Source: the human T2T-CHM13v2.0 reference genome, Homo sapiens. From it: a stretch of 64,000 nt of DNA. The stretch lies in the NCBI RefSeq assembly GCF_009914755.1, contig NC_060947.1. The stretch is one strand, 5' to 3'. The notes under the pieces were generated by a model. That model saw only the letters and a program-made list of their open reading frames with translations, had not been told where the DNA came from and ran no database searches. Below are positions 53,640 to 64,000 of this stretch, piece after piece. How positions within the stretch are numbered: the stretch's first letter is position 1; the number at the start of each line of letters is the position of its first letter. The position numbers and the translations under genes are program-made.

Positions 53640-54420
53640 AAAGGGAAAATAGAAAATTTACAGTGGAGAAACCTGGCAGATACCACCTTAATGAAGTCAT
53701 AAAAGATAACATCAACAGTAATGGGACAAATTCACATCATGTGCTTCCTGATGATAAACTAAGGACACAGCATCACCTCTGTGGTATTCTTGCCAAAAAC
53801 ACATAACCTGAACCTATATCGTGAGGAAATATCACACAAAATCAAATCGAGGAACATTCTGTAAAATAACTGGCCTATGCTCTTCAAAAATGCTAAGGTC
53901 ATGAAAGACAAGTAAGGACTGAGGCACTGTTTCAGACGGAAGAAGCCTAAAGAGACATTACAATTAAATGTAATATGTTATCTTAGACTGGATCCTGGAT
54001 CAAAAGGATTTTTTTTTTTTGCTATAAATCACATTATTGGGACAACTAAATAAATTTGAATGGGCTATATCAATTAGGTGGCAGTATAATGCCAGTGTTC
54101 ATTTCCTGATTTTGATGCTTGTATCATGGTTATAAAAGAGTCCTTGAGGAAATTCACACTGAAATATTTAGGAGTAATGGGGCATCATGTCTGCAATGTA
54201 CTCTCTACTGGTTCAGAAAAAAACAATTGTGTGTTTGTGTGTTTGTTTTGTTTAATCAGAGAAAAAGATAAAGCAAATATTAACAAGTAGGGAACTTGAG
54301 TGAAGGGTACTATATAGGAATTCTTTGTACAATTATTATAACTTTCCTCTAAGTCACAAATGATTACAAAATAAAAAGTAAAAAAGTTTAAATGGTAAAA
54401 AACTTTAAATCAAATATACA
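53640..54420 (+). mobile_element. L1MC-type 3' fragment
   Basis: acagtggagaaacctggcagataccacctt, gtggtattcttgccaaaa. Confidence 0.7.
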
Positions 54421-54713
54421 AAAATATTGATAATATCCAGGTAGTGAGAGTTTGAGAAAAGTGGCAAAAAAGCTCTATATGTAAATTTGTAATAATAAGT
54501 ACCAGTGCAAAAAGAAACAAGTTGTAATAACATGTTCTCAATATTTGTTTCCAAAGGTATTTCTCTGTCAAACACTTTCATTCACTGAAAGAAACAGCAT
54601 ATGATTAAAAAAAAAAGAAAAGAAAAATGACATCTATGGTACATAATGACGTATATCTATCACATGAGGATGGGAAATGTAAACTAGTGGAAATATTTTT
54701 GAAGGGCAATTTA

Positions 54714-55553
54714 TTTTTTTTTTCATTTGAAATTTTTTTTTATTATACTTTAAGTTTTAGGGTACATGTACACAACGTGCAGGTTTGTTACATATGTATA
54801 CATGTGCCATATTGGTGTGCTGCACACATTAACTCGTCATTTAACATTAGGTATATCTCCTAATGCTATCCCTCCCCCCTCCCCCCACCCCACAACAGGC
54901 CCCGGTGTGTGATGTTCCCCCTTCCTGTGTCCATGTGTTCTCATTGTTCAATTCCCACCTATGAGTGAGAGCATGTGGTGTTTGGATTTTTGTCCTTGGG
55001 ATAGTTTGCTGAGAATGATGGTTTCCAGCTTCATCCATGTCCCCACAAAGGACATGAACTCATCATTTTTTATGGCTGCATAGTATTCCATGGTGTATAT
55101 GTGCCACATTTTCTTAAGCCAGTCTATCATTGTTGGACATGTGGGTTGGTTCCAAGTCTTTGCTATTGTGAATAGTGCCACAATAAACATATGTGTGCAT
55201 GTGTCTTTATAGCAGCATGATTTATAATCCTTTGGGTATATACCCAGTAATGGGATGGCTGGGTCAAATGGTATTTCTAGTTCTAGATCCCTGAGGAATC
55301 GCCACACTGACTTCCACAATGGTTGAACTAGTTTACAGTCCCACCAACAGTGTAAAAGTGTTCCTATTTGTCCACATCCTCTCCAGCACCTGTTGTTTCC
55401 TGACTTTTTAATGATCGCCATTCTAACTGGTGTGAGATGGTATCTCACTATGGTTTTGATTTGCATTTCTCTGATGGCCAGTGATGATGAGCATTTTTTC
55501 ATGTGTCTTTTGGATGCATAAATGTCTTCTTTTGAGAAGTGTCTGTTCATATC
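54714..55553 (-). mobile_element. 5'-truncated L1PA (about 0.85 kb)
   Basis: ORF 54948-55550 is L1 ORF2 C-terminus; TSD tgaagggcaattta at 54700 and 55554. Confidence 0.95.
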
Positions 55554-55825
55554 TGAAGGGCAATTTAAAAGTATACATCCCTTAACCTAAGGGTTCCACT
55601 TTGAGGAATTTTTCCTATAAAAATATTTGTGTAAATTTACCTGGATGTATGTACAAGGATCTTCACTAAAGCATTATCTAGAATGTTAAAAAATAAAGAC
55701 AATTCTGTCAATGGAGCAATTATTAAATACTGTATAGCAGCTGAAAAGAATGAACTAAATTTGTCTGTGTGAAATGACATAGAAGGATGTTTGGTTATGT
55801 TGTTCAGTGCACTATGAGATTGTTA

Positions 55826-56263
<438 letters not shown>

Positions 56264-56993
56264 TCACAGTCACCCTAGCTCATTTTATGCTTGTCAGACT
56301 GTATTTTGCTCATCCTTCTGTTTTTAACCTTTCTGTATCATTTTGTTATATTAGAGCTCTTATAGACAGCATATATTGGATTTCCTTTTATTTTTTAAAA
56401 TCAATCTATATCTTTGCATATTAGTAGGACAGACTAAATCATGCATATTTCTCATAATGGATATGTTTGATCTTATTCCTGCTATCTTATTGTATGTCTT
56501 CTTGCTGTTTCCAGAGAAGACAATAGTGGGTAGGATGAAAAAGTAGAGCCAAGTTGAACAGTAATGCTGCTGCTGCTAATGATGATGATGATGATGATGA
56601 TTTGGGGGATGGAGGAAAATAAAGAGGATAGAGGATTGAAAGATGATTCCTTGATATAAAGCTTGGTCAACTGGTAAACGAAAGGAATAAAAGCCTTCTT
56701 TTGCTTGTTTTTGTAATGGTAGAGATGATAAGTTTAGTTTAAGTCCTTTCAAGTCCTTATGGCATATAATATAAGTAGAGACATGCCACAAAAGCAGTTG
56801 GATATCAAATCTGCAGCTTATGAAAGTTTTCATCTACATATCCATGGTTCTACAGGAGAATCTGAATGTTGCCTGTGGTTTAAAATAATAATTAATTTGA
56901 TTATGGTCCACAGTCACATTAAGTTTTATCTGTGACAAAGGGATACCAGACTTCCTCATCCCATACTTAGTACAAACAGGAAAGGAAAATTAC

Positions 56994-57074
56994 CTTTGCC
57001 ATTCCAACTGAACTGGCATTCAACTCTGAGATCCCTTGGTTGGTCTTGTCTCCACGTTCCCATATCCCGAAGTC
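56994..57074 (-). CDS. PHKA1: PHKA1 coding exon 6 (81 nt)
   Basis: [27 protein letters not shown], containing the GH15 glucoamylase-like WE motif; CAG acceptor, GTAATT donor. Confidence 0.97.
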
Positions 57075-57479
57075 CTGGCATAAAATAACCAATATACAAT
57101 TAGCAAGTCATAACTACTAAATACTTCCTAGATGCAGGAAGTGTTTACCCTTGAATAAAAGACACTAGGAGTAACTAATTTGCCATATATATATATATAT
57201 ACCCACAATGCTTATTAAGGAGATGCTAATGTGTGGGGTGGCCCCTGCAGCTACTTTGCCAATAGCTTTAAATTCTACTGGGGCCTCCAAGCCATTGGAA
57301 GACTCCTCAACAGTTAATCAGGAGGGCTAAGAACTATAACTCTGTCTATCTGGAGAGGTGTTTCTCAAAATTTTTCATTAAAGCAAATACCCAGTAGATC
57401 TGCAAGATGGAGCCTAAATAGCAGCCCAATATTTTATTGTAAACATTCATTCTAATTTTACTCTCTATTGGTACTGACA

Positions 57480-57660
57480 ACGTACCATGCACTAATTTAC
57501 GCATTTTACATTATCTTTCTTAATCCTTACATTTTATAGATGATGAAACTGATGATGCAAAGAGAAGTTAAGTGACTCACTCAAAGTCACACAGTTAATA
57601 AGTGACAGAGCCAGGATTAGAATCCAAGGAATCTCACTCCAAAGCCTACCCTCTTAGCCA
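57480..57660. mobile_element. MIR
   Basis: cattttatagatgatgaaactga...gttaagtgactcactcaaagtcacacag MIR core. Confidence 0.75.
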
Positions 57661-57709
57661 GAGCTCTATAAATCCCCTGAATCATATAGCCTTTAAAATT
57701 ACTTTTAAA

Positions 57710-59230
57710 AACTTTTTATTTTGGAATAACTTTAGACTTATACAAAAGTTGCAAAAACACTACAAGGAGTTCCCATATGCCTTTCACTTAGCTTCCCCTG
57801 ATGTTAACGTCTAACATAACCACAGTGTAATAGTTAAAGCTAAGAAATTAAAATTGGCACAATACTATTAACCAAACTATGGACTTTATTTGGATTTTAC
57901 CACTTTTTCCACCAATGGCCTTTTTACATTCCAGGATCCAATCCAGAATTTCATGCTGCATTTGTCATGTTTCTTTAAGTCTCTTCTAATCAGTGACAGT
58001 TCCTCAAGTCTTGTCTTTTGTGACCTTGACACTCTTTGAAGATTAGTGATCAGGTATTTAGTAGATTTTCCTCAATTTGGGTTTGCTTAATGTTTTCTCA
58101 TTAGACTAGACTGAGATTATGCATTTTAGGCAAGAATATGTATTACAGACATTATGCTGTGTCCTTCTCAGTGCATCATAGCAGGGATATACAATGCTGA
58201 TACGTCTTATTACTGGTGATATTAACCCTCATCACTTGGTTAACGTGATGTCTGCTGGGTTTCTCAATTCCACTGTTACTATTTTTTTGTTTGTAATTAA
58301 TAAATATCTTGAGAGAGATACTTTAGGAATATGCAAATACCTTGTTTCTCTCAAACATTAACCCACTAATTCAGCAACCACTGATGGATCTTGCCAGAAA
58401 CAATTATTACAGTGGTGCTTTAATGGTGATTTTCCAGTTCTCTTCATTACTCCTACAGCCACTAGTTGCAACTCTTCTCTAAGGAAGAGCTGTCCTTTCT
58501 CTCCCATTTATTTATTTATTTATTCAGTTATTTATATTACTATGAACTTACAGATATTTAGGTTTTTCTCTGGCTTATAATAAAACACTATCACCATTTA
58601 TTTTGTTGTTCAAACTGTTCCAGCTTTGGCCATTGGGTATTCTTTCAGGTTGGCTCCTGTGACCTTTTGACATGCCTATTCCTTTTTGAGCATGGCTGAA
58701 CATGGTAGGTCCTGCCTGCAATCCCAGCAATTTAGGAGGCTGAGGTGGGAGGATCACTTGAGCCCAGGAGTTCGAGACCAGCCTGGGCAACACAGTGAGA
58801 CCCGGTTTCTACAATTTTTTTTAATTAGTCAGGCATGATGGTGCTTCTATAGTTCCAACTACTAGGGAGGATGAAGTGGCAAGATAGCTTGAGTCCAGGA
58901 GGTTGAAGCTGAAGTAAGCCATGATTGCGCCACTGAATCCTAGTGTGGGTGACAAAGAGAGGCCCTGTCTCAAAACAAAACATAACAAAATAAAACACTC
59001 CCTTTTTGAACGTTTCTTCACTTTTTGGCACTGTAAGATGCTCCAATCTTATCTCATATTTTCCCCGCCATAGCCCTGGAATCAACCACTTTCATAAGAA
59101 GTCCTGGTTTACTTGATCAGAAAATGAGAGTCAGAATCCAAGACCTGGGCACTGGGTACACTCATTGTCACTGAGGTGTCATTGCTTCTAGGCCCTCTCA
59201 TTAAATGGAACTTGGAAACAGACATGTGCA
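57710..59230 (-). mobile_element. L1MC-type 3' region
   Basis: ttttattttggaataactttagacttatacaaaagttgcaaaa terminus; similar to 38960-41050. Confidence 0.7.
58694..58996 (+). mobile_element. AluJ
   Basis: ggatcacttgagcccaggagttcgagaccagcctgggcaac; diverged. Confidence 0.88.
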
Positions 59231-59599
59231 AATGTGTATGTGCATACACACAAACACACACCCTCCCACACACATCTGTATCTCTGTATCTACCTTTAAT
59301 TACTTTTCATGCCAAATCTCTGAGTTAAAGTGAAGTTTCAGGAAGGTAAGCCATGTTTAACCCATGACTGGCCTTATCTGTCCCCCAATCCAGCTCCATT
59401 CTAGTTTGTGCAGCAAAGGTTAGAGTATGAGAATACAGAAATATCAATAATTCTACTGTTATAATCATTGGATATAATGGAGAGGCCAAAGAACCCTAAC
59501 TTCCGCACTGAACCACAGCAGGCCTGTGGTGTCAGAAGCAAAGCCATCAGTCAACAAATAATGTCTGCTTGCATAAAATTATCTATGTTAGGTTTGTGC

Positions 59600-61519
<1,920 letters not shown>

Positions 61520-64000
61520 GAGGGAGCCCGTCTGGCCATGGTGGCCGCGGCTGGTGGTTGGCGCGCTGCGCTGCGGCCCGGGGCAGTGCGGAGCCAGGAC
61601 AGTCGCGGCGCTGACGCCCGCGGGCCCCAGCTGCAGATATGAAGCGGAGCCGCTGCCGCGACCGACCGCAGCCGCCGCCGCCCGACCGCCGGGAGGATGG
61701 AGTTCAGCGGGCAGCGGAGCTGTCTCAGTCTTTGCCGCCGCGCCGGCGAGCGCCGCCCGGGAGGCAGCGGCTGGAGGAGCGGACGGGCCCCGCGGGGCCC
61801 GAGGGCAAGGAGCAGCCGCCTGCCTTGGCCTCCCAAAGTGCCGAGATTGCAGCCTCTGCCCGGCTGCCACCCCGTCTGGGAAGTGAGGAGTGTCTCTGCC
61901 TGGCCGCCCATCGTCTGGGATGTGAGGAGCCCCTCTGCCTGGCTGCCCAGTCTGGAAAGTGAGGAGCGTCTCCGCCCGGCCGCCATCCCATCTAGGAAGT
62001 GAGGAGCGCCTCTTCCCAGCCGCCATCACATCTAGGAAGTGAGGAGCGTCTCTGCCCGGCCGCCCATCGTCTGAGATGTGGGGAGCGCCTCTGCCCCGCC
62101 GCCCCATCTGGGATGTGAGGAGCGCCTCTGCCCGGCCAAGACCCCGTCTGGGAGGTGAGGAGCGTCTCTGCCTGGCCGCCCCGTCTGAGAAGTGAGGAGA
62201 CCCTCTGCCTGGCAACCACCCCGTCTGAGAAGTGAGGAGCCCCTCCGCCCGGCAGCTGCCCCGTCTGAGAAGTGAGGAGCCTCTCCGCCCGGCAGCCACC
62301 CCATCTGGGAGGGAGGTGGGGGGGGGTCAGCCCCCCGCCCGGCCAGCCGCCCCATCCGGGAGGGAGGTGGGGGGGTCAGCCCCCCCGCCCGGCCAGCCGT
62401 GCCATCCGGGAGGGAGGTGGGGGGGTCAGCCCCCCGCCTGGCCAGCCGTGCCATCCGGGAGGGAGGTGGGGGGGTCAGCCCCCCGCCCGGCCAGCCGCCC
62501 CGTCCGGGAGGTGAGGGGCGCCTCTGCCCGGCCGCCCCTACTGGGAAGTGAGGAGCCCCTCAGCCCGGCCAGCCACCCCGTCCGGGAGGGAGATGGGGGG
62601 GTCAGCCCCCCACCTGGCCAGCCGCCCCGTCCGGGAGGGAGGTGGGGGGGTCAGCCCTCCGCCCGGCCAGCCGCCCCATCTGGGAGGTGAGGGGCGCCTC
62701 TGCCCAGCCGCCCCTACTGGGAAGTGAGGAGCCCCTCTGCCCGGCCAGCCGCCCCGTCCGGGAGGGAGGTGGGGGGGTCAGCCCCCCGCCCGGCCAGCTG
62801 CCCTGTCCGGGAGGGAGGTTGAGGGGGGGGTCAGCCCCCCCGCCCAGCCAGCCGCCCTGTCCGGGAGGTGAGGGGCGCCTCTGCCCGGCCGCCCCTACTG
62901 GGAAGTGAGGAGCCCCTCTGCCCGGCCAGCCGCCCCGTCCGGGAGGGAGGTGGGGGGGTCGGCCCCCTGCCCGGCCAGCCGCCCCGTCCGGGAGGGAGGT
63001 GGGGGGGTCGGCCCCCCGCCCGGCCAGCCGCCCCATCTGGGAGGTGAGGGGCGCCTCTGCCCAGCCGCCCCTACTGGGAAGTGAGGAGCCCCTCTGCCCG
63101 GCCAGCCGCCCCGTCCGGGAGGGAGGTGGGGGGGTCAGCCCCCCGCCCGGCCAGCTGCCCTGTCCGGGAGGGAGGTTGAGGGGGGGGTCAGCCCCCCCGC
63201 CCAGCCAGCCGCCCTGTCCGGGAGGTGAGGGGCGCCTCTGCCCGGCCGCCCCTACTGGGAAGTGAGGAGCCCCTCTGCCCGGCCAGCCGCCCCGTCCGGG
63301 AGGGAGGTGGGGGGGTCGGCCCCCTGCCCGGCCAGCCGCCCCGTCCGGGAGGGAGGTGGGGGGGTCGGCCCCCCGCCCGGCCAGCCGCCCCGTCCGGGAG
63401 GGAGGTGGGGGGGGGTCGGCCCCCCTGCCCGGCCAGCCACCCCGTCCGGGAGGTGAGGGGCGCCTCTGCCCGGCCGCCCCTACTGGGAAGTGAGGAGCCC
63501 CTCTGCCCGGCCAGCCGCCCCGTCCGGGAGGGAGGTGGGGGGGTCGGCCCCCCGCCCGGCCAGCCGCCCCGTCCGGGAGGGAGGTGGGGGGGGTCGGCCC
63601 CCCGCCCGGCCAGCCGCCCCGTCCGGGAGGTGAGGGGCGCCTCTGCCCGGCCGCCCCTACTGGGAAGTGAGGAGCCCCTCTGCCCGGCCAGCCGCCCCGT
63701 CCGGGAGGGAGGTGGGGGGGTCAGCCGCCCCGTCCGGGAGGGAGGTTGGGGGGTCAGCCCCCCGCCCGGCCAGCCGCCCCGTCCGGGAGGGAGGTGGGGG
63801 GGGTCAGCCCCCCTGCCCAGCCAGCCGCCCCGTCCGGGAGGGAGGTGGGGGGGTCAGCCCCCTGCCCGGCCAGCCGCCCCGTCCGGGAGGTGAGGGGCGC
63901 CTCTGCCCGGCCACCACCCCGTCTGGGAGGTGTGCCCAACAGCTCATTGAGAACGGGCCAGGATGACAATGGCGGCTTTGTGGAATAGAAAGGCGGGAAA
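61520..64000 (+). mobile_element. SVA_F1 (MAST2 exon 1-SVA chimera); continues past window end
   Basis: 61520-61815 CpG-rich, encodes MKRSRCRDRPQPPPPDRREDGVQRAAELSQSLPPRRRAPPGRQRLEERTGPAGPEGKEQ (recalled MAST2 N-terminus); joined at CAG to Alu-like ccgcctgccttggcctcccaaagtg; about 2 kb VNTR; SINE-R start cccaacagctcattgagaacggg near 63935; no CCCTCT hexamer. Confidence 0.95.

Noticed and set aside
56565-56600. (GCT)n(GAT)n repeat giving poly-His/Ile ORFs
   Set aside because: Short intronic microsatellite; the ORFs are incidental
62300-63900. Regularly spaced repeats superficially like a CRISPR array
   Set aside because: Tandem SVA VNTR units with no unique spacers, no cas genes, and a eukaryotic context

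Overview
This is mammalian nuclear DNA, very likely human because it carries an SVA_F1 and an AluYa-lineage element. The whole window lies inside PHKA1 (muscle phosphorylase kinase alpha subunit, X chromosome), transcribed on the minus strand. I located 15 consecutive coding exons (6-20 by my recalled numbering), all with GT-AG boundaries and a continuous reading frame. The introns are mostly retroelements and DNA-transposon fossils: about 17 Alus, old L1M and L2, MaLR/ERV LTRs, MER2, MER5A, MER58A and a Tigger. Notable insertions are a 5'-truncated MATR3 processed pseudogene with target-site duplications (TSDs), a twin-primed 5'-inverted L1PA, and a MAST2-SVA (SVA_F1) chimera running off the window end. 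Nearly all supplied ORFs are repeat-derived or spurious. I see no convincing wholly new biological system. The least explained signals are a 72-bp, 92%-identical element duplicated just upstream of the acceptors of exons 7 and 8, and an ACUAAC motif wedged into the acceptor of the alternatively spliced 177-nt exon. Gene and repeat names come from recall, not database searches, and boundaries of old repeats are approximate.
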